From the NCBI RefSeq assembly GCF_963853765.1, contig NC_088861.1:10044001-10108000 (forward strand): a DNA stretch of 64,000 bases, in the 5' to 3' direction. A model generated the notes under the pieces. That model ran no database searches. It worked only from the letters and a program-made list of their open reading frames with translations, and was not told where the DNA came from. The translations under genes were made by a program, and so were the position numbers. The number at the start of each line of letters is the position of its first letter. Position 1 is the first letter of the stretch. This document shows, piece by piece, positions 1 to 11,249 of this stretch. Source of the stretch: Magallana gigas. Taxonomy: Eukaryota.

Positions 1-2961
1 CTAAAATAGCAGGACGACTGACACGTTACAAATTGACAAATGTAAGGTAGCAAGGGACAGTTTCGAATAAAGTACCTGGTCAATATTTTGTAAATTTGAG
101 AGTTGCTGTACTTGAAGGCTTATGAGTGTTGCTAGAATTCATGAAATGATTTTTAATGATTTTCATTAGTTATAGGGGTGTATCTTGTTGAAATTGATAT
201 GCAATATGTAGACCCTATATGTTCGATACATGAGAATCAGAAGTAAAATGTGAAACCTGCGGCTATGACTGTTGTGTTGACTTTACACAGTGAAATTGCA
301 AGTTACAGACGGGAGGTAAAATAACACGAAAAGTAGGTGAATGGGACATTGTAAACTATACACCGGTAAGTTTCTGACATGTGATAGTGCAACGTGAACG
401 CGGTACGGAAGGTCAGCCCTCTGCAGGGAATTAGCTGGGGGATGTCTAAAAAGCTGAAAAATCATGAAAGATTAGCAAAATATGAAAGGATCAAAAACTC
501 ATAAAAACCAGTATGTAGAGAATTTTACAGGTTTTGACTAGCAATTTTCTTCAGAAATTGGTGATTGGCCTTATAAAGAGTGAATTAAAGGTATTTGTGC
601 TGAATGGGAACTGAGGAAATTCTAAATACAGAGTTCCGAAGACATGCATCTCTTGGCTATCTCTGTCCTGTGCTACCTAAAGTCTACAAGTTTGTCGAAT
701 TTTGAAATGACCATATATGGTAACAGTGAGGTCACCGATAAAAAAGGCTAGCTGCAGGTAAAGGCATGCCGTAATCGCCGAAATGGGGACGGAGTAAATA
801 AAAAAAATATTAAGTAGGCCTATTATCATATAACATGTATCTTTCGATAACAATCTTTCTTAGGAAGTATGATTTTTCGAAAAACCAAATTATGAGCTTG
901 TTGACATTTTATCAAGAGTGTGTATAAAAGATGCGAGTGAAGAATTCGATCAGCTTCAGATATCTTCTTGGAACTGGGGAAACAAAATACATAAAATGAC
1001 TGTTGAATATACATTATATAGATATGCACACATGCAGCAAATTGTTAGAGCTCGGCTGAATAAAGGAAATATCTCCAAAAGCATCCTTATCGCTACCACA
1101 AAGTTGAGACAAGATAACACCCCTTCCCCCTCCCCCCGGCGAAAAATTTCACGGGGTCGGCCAGCTGGTCAATTGAATAACCGAGTTGCAAAGTTATCAA
1201 TAAAAAAAAATAATCTATATTTAGAGACATTGGTTTTCAGATCCTGATTAATACGAGATATAAAAAGCGACACTCCTACCCCTGAAAAATAAAAAAAAAT
1301 TCCAAAGATTAAAGATTTACTGTCGTGAAATTAAAATGTGTACAATTTTTTGAAATAAAACGTTTCATTTTGCATTGTCAGCAATATTTTAGGAAAAAGC
1401 CTATAATGCAGATGAATTTTTTTTAAATTTCAGGCAATTATTACGGGTTATGTTCTTCTTCGTTTCACTTCGTAAAGTATTTCTATTCTTAGTATTTCAT
1501 AAATAACAACAACACAGGTGTTAGAGTGAGTGAGCTATCAAGCAGTTTATTCGCCGTAATATACAATCAGCACGCGACTTTAATAACAATGAACTGGAAT
1601 TACGCCCAATAATTGTATATTTCCAAATATATCTACAGAATACAATGTAAATTTTAAATTTAAGGTATTCAATGTATAAGGAAGGAATGTTGAACAATTT
1701 TCAATTGTTTTAAACCAGTTAAATATGTATTGCTAGATAACAATGAAAGTGAAATGAACCAAATTCACATTCACAACATATAAGAAGCCGGTCATTTTGC
1801 ACCTTAAATTTTTTTTAAGAGTTATCTCCCCTAGTTAAAAAAAAAGAAAATTTTAATTTCGTCAAAATATCTGCGGTAAATGATTCATTTTAGTTCATAT
1901 TTTAATAAAGAGAATGTTTATGCATGTATTAACCAAGAGAATTTTACAAATTTTAAGTTACTTTATACAAAATCTTATTAAAACATACATTGCCCATAGA
2001 CTTCAATACAAAATTCAAGATGTAATTAGTTGGACCATAATTAATATTTTGAAAATTCATTTGGTGAAGTATTTTTATTTGAAAACACCTTCAGAATGAT
2101 ATCATTATTAAGAATATCAGACCATTCATTTATAAGGTACAAAATGTGGTCGTTATACATCGAATACCTTAAATACATATCAAGTATACTTCATCGTATG
2201 CACATGTACCTATATTAAACAAAAAATAATCGTGTTCAAAAGGGTTAAGTGCTCTTCGATGACCTGTCTATACCTGATCGGTTCTATATATACTACAACC
2301 GAACAACTACTTGTATAACTGCGCTTAAAGAAGTAGTCAGTAAAAAATACAACTTGCAGAAATTTATATATAAGTATGACGTCCTGAATGTCGGTTCAAT
2401 TAATGAAGTTGGTTGACAAAAAAATTCCGGAAAGCTATTATAGTACAGCTCTACAGCCACTTGTGAACATGTACTGTTTACCATAAAACAGCTACTTAAT
2501 TTTGTAAAATTATATTCAAATTAAAATTGAATAGAGTATATATTTTTAAATATTTTATAATTAAAACTCTACCAGTTCATTAACGATCAAATTCTTCTTT
2601 TGACCCACTTCGGTCTTTAATTTCAGAAATGCAATTTCCGAAGAAAAAGAACATAATTACAAAAACATAAACATACTAATATACCCTTACTGTATGTATT
2701 TCTTCAGAACCTTTTAATTTTTAACAAATATTTGGTGCTATAATTAATAATTATAAAACCTCTTTTTATAACAGTTTTAGATTGTTTTATTATTTATCTT
2801 GCATGCACTTGCACACCAAAATCATTTTTTAATTTTAAAAAGGTATGAATACATGTAAAGTTGCATATATTTTTCCGCGAAAAATTACCAAATCTTTGCA
2901 AGTCGTTTAATTCTTACTAAATCAGAAAATAACAAAGAGAAAATCTGTCAATGTGACAGCA

Positions 2962-3503
2962 AACCGGGTTTTCTTTTATTTGAACATTACCAATAGTCCA
3001 TTTGTCAATCCTGAATTGATAAATACTTCCTATCCAAAGAAATGGGGTACTATATATGCAATATTTTTGCCAAAAATTACTATGTTAAACAGCTTGTATT
3101 TTTTTCCTCCCATAAACTATCAGAAATCAAAATTCACGCAATTTGCATTCCTCTGAAATATGTATGTTTGATCTGCAAAGAGCAACTTTATATCTCCAAA
3201 ACTTTAGGAGGAGTTATCCATACAATAGTAGGGACCCTATGTGTAATATTTTGCCCCAAAATGACCAAAATTAACAGCTGATTTTTTTTTTTTATTAAAT
3301 TATCAGAAATCAAAATCTTAGCAAATTGTATACACCTGATATATGTTTAATTAATCAGCAAAAGAACAAACTACCTATCTTGAAAACTGTACGAGGAGTT
3401 ATCGCTACAATAAGGGTAACATTTTGGCAGTCATCCCGCCCGCCCACCCGCCTGCCATTTTCATTATTTCAATAACCGGATTTTTCCTTTGGAAAACCCA
3501 GTT
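2962..3503. mobile_element. Non-autonomous Helentron/HINE-like element with short subterminal inverted repeats and degenerate internal repeats
   Basis: AACCGGGTTTTC at 2962 pairs with GAAAACCCAGTT at 3492-3503 (1 mismatch); internal recurrence of GAGGAGTTATC..TACAATA at ~3208 and ~3393; CCGCCCGCCCACCCGCC tract near the 3' end. Confidence 0.45.
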
Positions 3504-4305
3504 AAAAATTAAATCAAAATTCTTAGAATTCAAAAGCAATGGGGCTACATGGGACCTGACGGCGGTGTTCAAACCCCATGCCGCTCAAAATATATTCACC
3601 ACGGTCCCCCTCAGGAAATTTCTTGATATCTCATTTCTAAAATAGAGTACGAATTAATTTATATTCCATTAAATTACATGTCAAATTATTTTAGAGAAAT
3701 AAGATATTAGGTGTTTCTTTTTAACCCTAATCGTATGATACCATTATGTGATAATTATATTACAGAAATTAGCGCATTCATCACATCGGCAACGATTTTT
3801 AACTACATGAACCTTTTCTCGTTTTGTTCAGTTTTAATCATACCTCAACAATTTTTCAAAATTCGACAAACTTGTAGACTTTACATTTGTCAATTTGTAT
3901 GATGTCAGATGTCCTATTGCCGATTCTGAAGATACAAATGCAGAAACTACGGATCAAAAGTGTGCAAAGTTGAAGGTTTAATTAACTAATGAAAACAATA
4001 AAGCTGCAAAATGTGTATCATACGAAGGAACTGAGTCAAATCTTACATGTGTTTATACCCGAGTTTTATAGGTTACACGATCAGAATTACACACTTTTAT
4101 ACTCTGGCTCACACACCAACACGATTGCATATTCAGATTAACAAGGTTACATTTCTGGATTTTTGAACATGATTACCTCCATATACTAGTAGTATGTTTT
4201 CCACTTCATGTAAATATACATAGCCAAGCTAAGTGCGCCACTCTGTCAGAACCTCTTAGAAAAATGCATATAGTAACACTTTATTTAAAATGTTTTTCTC
4301 CACAG

Positions 4306-4615
4306 GATTCGCATCGAGAAAGACGGTATACTAAGTGAATCACATATACCTGACTTGAATGTTTGTGCATGGAAGAACCAAGAGCTTTTGGACAAACTAC
4401 CGGATCTAAAGACATTTCAATCATTGGCGTCTAATGCTTACTGGTTTGAAAAGACTGGGGAAAAACAGAAACAACGATGTTGCGTCCAGCAAGGAACGGG
4501 GCAACACCTGAATATTTATATAGCAACAAATGTTGTGTATGAAGCAGGTGATAAAATCTTACAAGCATATGTACTAGCAAAAGGAAGGTGGAATTTATAT
4601 GAAACGCAATGTGAG
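4306..4615 (+). CDS. Exon of ZU5-UPA (PIDD1/DTHD1-like) gene; upstream exons not identified
   Basis: Acceptor ttctccacag|G at 4305/4306; open frame IRIEKDG...YETQCE; donor GAG|gtaaat at 4615/4616; joins in frame to the exon at 4702. Confidence 0.7.
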
Positions 4616-4701
4616 GTAAATTAAAAGGCAATGTATCCTATTTTGTAGGAAATTAATAATGCATGCAAATACACTCAATAATCTTTTTTACTCAAATTTA
4701 G

Positions 4702-4881
4702 GGTGACTATACCGTATTCAAAACAAAAAGAGTAGAGGCTTTCTTCATCATTGCAACAAGAAAAGAAAACGTCTTTGTGGTGGATCCAACGGGAAATATG
4801 TATGTCCACGAATCTGACAATCGCGTCCAACTGGATTTTCCCAAAGGATCTGTTCAAAATTCTGAGACGTTTAAAATTAAG
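4702..4881 (+). CDS. Exon of ZU5-UPA gene (ZU5 domain start)
   Basis: Acceptor tttag|GGT; reads GDYTVF...DNRVQLDFPKGSVQNSETFKIK, a ZU5-like x-F-P-x-G-(S/A)-V pattern; the only phase-compatible donor found is AAG|gcaggg (GC-AG). Confidence 0.7.
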
Positions 4882-5012
4882 GCAGGGTTATTGTGTCGTA
4901 ATGTTCAGTAAAATTTTAAGTTATCATTCTTGTATTTTCGATTGCGTTCCATAAAAAAGCTTCTTTGGATTTTTTTGATTTATTTTCTTAATCTAAATGA
5001 TCATTTTTATAG

Positions 5013-5299
5013 ATATATTCTGTAAAAGTAGAAGAGATGCGGAAAAGAAATGAACAGTTTCCTAACAGTTCCTCGTTAATCGCTGTAACCAAAGGATTAC
5101 ATGTTGAAGGGGCCAAATTCAGTAAACCTGTTCGAGTTCAACTACCACTGGAAAATTTAGGAAATTCGCTCGAAAGAGAAGACGGAGATATCGAATACAT
5201 GTTCTTTCGTATCGATGGCTAATCAATTACACATCTAATGGATCTGCGTTTTAAAAAGCTCAACGACACGGTCGTCACTTATGTCGATAAATTCAGCAT
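5013..5299 (+). pseudogene. Exon of ZU5-UPA gene (ZU5 C-terminal half) with in-frame TAA at 5220-5222
   Basis: Acceptor ttttatag|ATA; reads IYSVKVEEM...AVTKGLHVEGAKFSKPVRVQLP...FRIDG*SITHL...YVDKFS; same frame on both sides of the stop; donor AT|gtatgt at 5299/5300. Confidence 0.75.
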
Positions 5300-5303
5300 G
5301 TAT

Positions 5304-5306
<3 letters not shown>

Positions 5307-5369
<63 letters not shown>
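5307..5369. repeat. (AG)n microsatellite in intron
   Basis: About 31 perfect AG units directly after the 5300 donor. Confidence 0.98.
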
Positions 5370-5371
<2 letters not shown>

Positions 5372-5456
5372 TGAAGTCTGTTGTTTTTTCTTTTTTATTG
5401 TTAGAATAATTATTTTTGATTTTATATTCATTTGATTATTCTTTTATTGTTTGCAG

Positions 5457-5946
5457 TTTCGTGGGAGCATGTCTAAAGAAGGCAAAAAAAATTATCACCA
5501 AGGAACTTCTCGTTTCTCTGGGTATAGAGTATCCCTGCAAATTAATGACTTTTGTGAAAAAAATTTCGGAGCAACGTGTCCAGGTTTGGTGCGAGGTTGT
5601 TAAAAAAGAGGACTGGAAAAGACTTGAGGAAATACGTATTCATGAAAAGAAGCTACAAATATCGTCTGATTGGGAATCACCGGAAATATTTATCTATGAG
5701 CAAGATCGCATACGAGTTGATATAAAAGGAAGCTCTGAGGTTGCACCAGAATATCCAAAAAATGCAAACCGCATAATTTTTTGTCCAATAGCCGATGGAA
5801 TGCACATTTTCCCGCTCTTGCGAAAAACCCAAAGTGTGCATGCATCTTCTCTGTCAACTGTCGTATACACTTTGGATACAGGAGACAGGAGAGTGCTGCA
5901 CACGGTGGTTTTAAATCCTTGGAGCTTAAAAAAATATAAGAAATAG
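5457..5946 (+). CDS. Terminal exon of ZU5-UPA gene (UPA-like domain)
   Basis: Acceptor tttgcag|T; reads FVGACLKK...SPEIFIYEQDRIRVDIKG...RVLHTVVL, resembling the UPA domain after ZU5 in PIDD1; stop TAG at 5944-5946; AATAAA at 5996-6001. Confidence 0.65.
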
Positions 5947-6107
5947 AAGAAAAACTGATTATCATTCTGCCCATTCTGACATATCTTATTTCCTTAATAA
6001 AATCCGCCATATCACATCACGTTATAATTGAATGACTTTGCTGAACAAAAAGATCATATCAATTTTTTTAACCGTGTATCTAATATGACATATACATTGT
6101 ATGTACC

Positions 6108-7170
6108 TTTTTTGGCTCAGCTAGACAAAGTCGTCGGAGGGAACTTATGCTATACCCCGGCGTCGGTATTGGCGACCGTACCTAGTTAAAGTTTTTGGTG
6201 AGGTCCTGTATCCAAGTTACGATTCTCGAACAAATGTGAGCATATAAGATGTTAAGTGGTACAATGACATTTCAAATTGTAAGGTGAAAGGCGCAAGAGA
6301 CTAAGCGTGACGTAAAGATGGGGTAGCGAGCGTCATTTTGACGTCATGTTTTGAACATAACCGTGACCCGTGTTGACAAAACATGTTGTTTTTAAAATTG
6401 GGTAACAAAACTACCGTTTCATAAAATGGCCTGAAACTTCACATATCAATAGAATAAATGCAGATGCATAGACTAATCTGTTAGTTATTACTTTTATGAA
6501 AAATATTGATGATAGACAGCTACATTGTCTTCATATTTTTTGACTGACCCTCGTACTACTTGTTTTACATTCACCAAACTTGCATGGATGGTGCATCGGG
6601 GCACTCTTGTTGACCTAAAAGACTTGGATGCTGAATCTGGGCCATGAATTTCAGATGCTGGAGAAGGTTAATGTTTATTAAGCAGGTCAAAGTTTATGGA
6701 GCAGGTGCTTTTTGATGACCATATCTCAGTTACTTCCGTTCTTAACTTAATCAAACTTGCATGAATAGTGAGTCTTATGCTAGATTAGGTTAAGGTTTTC
6801 GGACCTGGTTAACGTTTTTTGAGCAGGTGCCTTTTGATGACTTAGTTACTAATGGTCCTTACTTCACTAAACTTGCATGGGTGGTGCACCTTATGATACT
6901 AATGCACTTGTCAGGCTTGAATGCTGAATCCCGCCAAAGGTTATGGATAATAGTTGAGGTTATGATTTTTGGAGCTGGTTCAAGATTGTGGAGCTGGCTC
7001 CCTTTGAAGACTATATCTTACTTACCAATAGTCACTAAACTTGCATGAATGGTGCATCTTATGATAATGATGATCTCCACGGACGTGGAATCTGAATTTG
7101 AGCCATAGGTTTCGGATGCTGGATTAGGTTAAGATTGTTGGACCTGGTTCAAGATTTTGGAGCAGGCGTA
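6108..7170 (+). mobile_element. Non-autonomous Helentron/HINE-like element with tandem ~120-180 bp satellite-like monomers
   Basis: T-run plus GGCTCAGCTAGAC head and CGGCGTCGG tract; motif (A/T)C(C/T)AAACTTGCATG(G/A)..GGTG recurs at ~6573, 6750, 6866 and 7035; probable foreign insert at ~6255-6560. Confidence 0.55.
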
Positions 7171-7759
7171 GTGAAGAATAATGACCCCCGTAGAATAATG
7201 ACCGGGCGTCATGTTTAGACGAAGAATAACGACTCTCCCCCCCCCCCCCCCATAGTTGTTAAATAATTGGATTTTTCTGAAGAAAAGGGTCATTTTTCTT
7301 CATGTTAAGCGTGAAGAAAAACGACCTCCGTAAAAAATGACCCCGCTGTAAACAAGAGTAGAAATTGGGTACCCGGTATCTTGACAAGGTATTTGACATT
7401 GGAATTACTGGAATGTTCACTCTCATCAATTGTTTTGAAGTTATAAACACAGAACTTGAAAAGAACTCGCTGAATATAGTTTTTCACATCCGTAGCAAAC
7501 ACACACACACAAACATACATACATTGCCACAGATTGATTGATAACAGTTAGGCCTCTCTCGTCGACACAATTATAATCTGCTGAACTATTCTTGATTCTT
7601 TACCATAAATGATTCTTAAAAACTTATTATATAGCTTTATTATTTAAAACGATATTTCATTTACAAAATGTATGCACAGATTGCTGAACTTTATATATCG
7701 CGATTTTACAATTGCATCGGCAACAAATTCCCAGGTCTGTACGTGTGTGTTTAGAAATC

Positions 7760-10700
7760 TGTGCAGATGGTGCTGTAAGTGATCAAGACACGAAACTTAC
7801 GTGGATGATAGACATTTGATAGAAGATGTGTTTAACTGTTTTTATTTTGTCAACCGTCACTTCCGGTCCACACCGGAAGAGTTCAAATAAATTAAGTTGA
7901 TTAAAAGTTTAACTGTTTTACTTTGACAACTTTAGATAAATTGAAAGACAATTAAGTCTTAAAGTTTTGTCTAATTTTCAAAGAAATACTAACTTTTATT
8001 TTCTATGAGCGCTTCCGTTTGTCCGTTTCCTGTCCCAAGACATAAAACCTTGAATCCTTGAGTTCTCAAAAACGATAATGACATGAACAATCAAACTGTG
8101 TAGGATGATAGACCCGTGTATGAAGATGTGTTTACATTAATTTGTTTCGTTCGGCGTAACTTCCGGTAGTCACCGGAAGCACTTCAAAAATTATTTTTTA
8201 CCTATTTTAGTTAGTTTTTTTTTTTTTTTTTTTTACATAGAATGATTATATTTTTATATATCCTTACATAAGTCATCTATGCAATGTTAAATAAACAAAA
8301 AAATGTACTTCCGGTGAGATATATCAAATATTTTAAGTTGTCTTTTTCAAACTAAATTTTGAACCCCCCTCCTCACCCCGATTTAAGAAACTGTTAGTGA
8401 TCAAAACATAACGCTTACATAGATGATAGACATTAGATAAAATGTGTTTAACGTTTCTAAGATCTCGCGGTTCAAACATTTGTTTTAAAAAAAGGCTTCC
8501 TGGGATATTTGAGATATCTCACCGGAAATATAATTTTTATGTCTAGTTAACATCGAATAGATGATATATGTAAGCATTTATATTTATATTTTAATTCTCT
8601 GTGAAATATATTAAATGCGTAAAAACATAATTTTTGAAGTGCTTTCGGTGACGACCAGCATCCCTCAAAGTTTGGATATACATACATGGATGGAAATACG
8701 GGGAAATTCTATTTCATATTCTTCATATATCAAAAAAGAAAAAGACCAAAAAAGAAAAAAAAAACACTATTGCAAGAAATTGAGGATTTAGAATCAGAGG
8801 CTTTCATTGATTTAAATAAATTAGATGAAAAAAAGAAACTTAAGAGTATTAAAAAAGAAAAGTTATGCCACATGATAAGGTCCCGAGCTCGCTGAATAGA
8901 AGAGGGTGAAAACCCATCAGAATATTTTTTTTAATTTAGAATCTAGGAATTATTTAAATAAAACAATAACAGAAATTGAATTAGAGGATACTGGCAACAT
9001 ATATGAACAAGCAAAAGTTTAGATGAAGTTAAAACATATTTTGAAACTCTGCATAAAAGTGCAGATTCAATTTTAGTTAATATAAATTTAGAAGAAGTGT
9101 TCTCGAATTTTACTTCACCTAAAATAGATACAATAGATAAAGTTTTTAATGTATTAAAGCATATGAAGAATAATAAGTATTAAGATTCCAAAAATCATTA
9201 CTCTTAAGGATCAATGGAAAAGAAGAATTCTTACTCCAATTGGTCGTGTCACTGCCATTAAGAGTATGTTAATTCCAAAACTAAATCATTTATTTATATC
9301 GCTTCGTACTCCTAAAAATGAGATTGTATCATGTCTATGCAAATCTATCTTTGAGTTTCTATGGAAATCCAAAACAGACAAAGTTAAAAGGTCTCTTATA
9401 ACACAAAACTACTTGTCAGGGGGTATGAAAATGGTAGATGTTAGAAGTTTTATTACATCACTAAAATGTACATGGATTAAAAGGTTAACTTGTTTTGTGT
9501 TTGATTGTTTGTTAATAGAAAACAACGCCTTTTGGAAAGATGTTTTCATTGCTTGGACCCGTTATATGAACTCTTTTACATACTCTCCGCATTTTAAAAA
9601 CAAATTTCATTACATTCCTGTGCGGTATAACTCTAATATAAAAGTGGATAACAAACCAGTTTTGAACAAATCCTGGTATGAAAAGGGAATAAAAGTTGTG
9701 CAAGATTTTTTTTATGATGATTGTAATCTTTTAGACTTTGGAGTTCTTAAAAACACATACAATCTAACTGACAGTTGTGTGATGCAATACAATAGCATGG
9801 TTTCAGCTATATTAAAATATTTGAAATCATTGTAAATAGATAGGTCTTCATTCAAAAGACTTCCTATTCCACATGTACCTTTTTTAACCTCTCATATCTT
9901 CTGAAAAATGTTCAAAAATCGTTTATAATTTTTTTTTTAATAAAAATGAGGTTATTCCAACCTCAATCAGCAAATGGGAGTCAGAGCTTTTGCCATATGG
10001 AGTAGACACAATATCAGTACAAGATGTTTTAAAAATTGTTATAAAACCACTAGGGGTTCTTCTGCCCAGTGGTAACAATTAATTTCGAATTTTGCATAGA
10101 ATTGATCCTGTAGAAAATACCTTAAAAAAATTAACATTAAAACTTCTGGTTGCTGTGGTTTTTGTATGGAAAATGTTGAAACAATAATACATGTTTTTAT
10201 TTCTTGTGATAAAGTACAAACTTTCTGGAGTGATTTAAGTCTTCATATATACAGAAAGACTACTGAAAGAGTTGGTTTTAATGTTTTGAACATTATTCTT
10301 GGTGAGCTACCTTTGTCAAACAATAACAGAGTTATAAATTTCATAATTTTATATGTCAAAGAATATATTTTTGTATCCTTAATGCAAAATAAAATGCCAA
10401 TTTGTTTTTGGATTACTCAGTCACTTAAGAATAAAAAATATCATACACATTGTAGAAAAATATGCTGCTATTCAAAATCAAAAGCTGTGCAATTTTGAAA
10501 AAAGTGTGGCTTACATTGAAAAATATTTTAGATAAGTTTACGAAATTTTGTTTGTTTGTTTTTTTGTTTTTTTGTTTGTTTTGTTTGTTTTTTTTGTTTT
10601 TGTTTTTTTTTGTTTTTTTTTAAGCCAAGTATCTATTTACCAGTGGAATTGAAAAATGTATGTAAATATACTTGTGTGTGAGTATGCATGTGTATAAAAT

Positions 10701-11030
10701 TTATAATAACTGAATTTATATATGTAAACATTAGTATGTATGGAACAAAAACAATAAATTATATAAAAAAAAAAAGTTTAGATGTTCAAATCTTTATTGT
10801 TTCTAAGATCTCATTGTCCAAAGCTTTTTTGCCGCGAGACAGGAAACGGACGACAGGAAGTGAATTTTGAAAAAAAATGAAAAAAAACCTCTCGAGATAT
10901 TATCATTCTCTATCAACCCTTAAAATTTCAAGAAAATCTATCCAGCTATCTCTGAGAAATCTTGTTGGAAAAAATGGGGGAAAATAATAATAATAGTAAC
11001 CAGACGCTTGTTGCTATAGCAACAAAAAGC
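7760..11030. mobile_element. Non-autonomous repeat (~300 bp subunits, ACTTCCGGT..ACCGGAAG hairpins) interrupted by the LINE at 8697-10770
   Basis: GATGATAGAC...AGATGTGTTT unit at ~7805, ~8105 and ~8425; hairpins at ~7860 and ~8160; TTTCTAAGATCTC occurs at ~8455 and again at ~10800 after the LINE poly(A); ends in (AAT)n. Confidence 0.45.
8697..10770 (+). mobile_element. 5'-truncated, internally deleted L1/Tx1-clade LINE (ORF2 remnant)
   Basis: RSRAR*IEEGENPSEYFFNLE linker motif; MKNNK (pre-RT) fused directly to post-RT QWKRRILTPIGRVTAIKSMLIPKLNHLF; C-terminal zinc knuckle CGFCMENVETIIHVFISC; T-rich 3' UTR, AATAAA and poly(A) at ~10753-10773; several stops and frameshifts. Confidence 0.85.
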
Positions 11031-11249
11031 CTTCCATTCTCATATAAATGTATTATTCTGTAAATAGAAAAAAACTTCTTTCAAATTGAAAATATAATGG
11101 ATACATTTCAATTATCACAATTAATACTTTGAGTAAAATCACGGTTGACTTTTTCGATATGATATCTATAAATGCAGCTTTCTGTTTTTTATTATCCCAC
11201 ATAATAAAATACAAAATAATGGTTAGCATTAAAATACTTGTTTTTACAG

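Noticed and set aside
918-1247. 109-aa ORF as a gene
   Set aside because: No recognisable domain or splice context; ends in a C-rich repeat-like tract.
3900-3985. Upstream exon of the ZU5-UPA gene
   Set aside because: Open stretch DVRCPIADSED... exists but no strong donor in the phase required by the 4306 acceptor.
5238-5435. ORF with a poly-ER tract
   Set aside because: Reads through the splice donor into an intronic (AG)n microsatellite.
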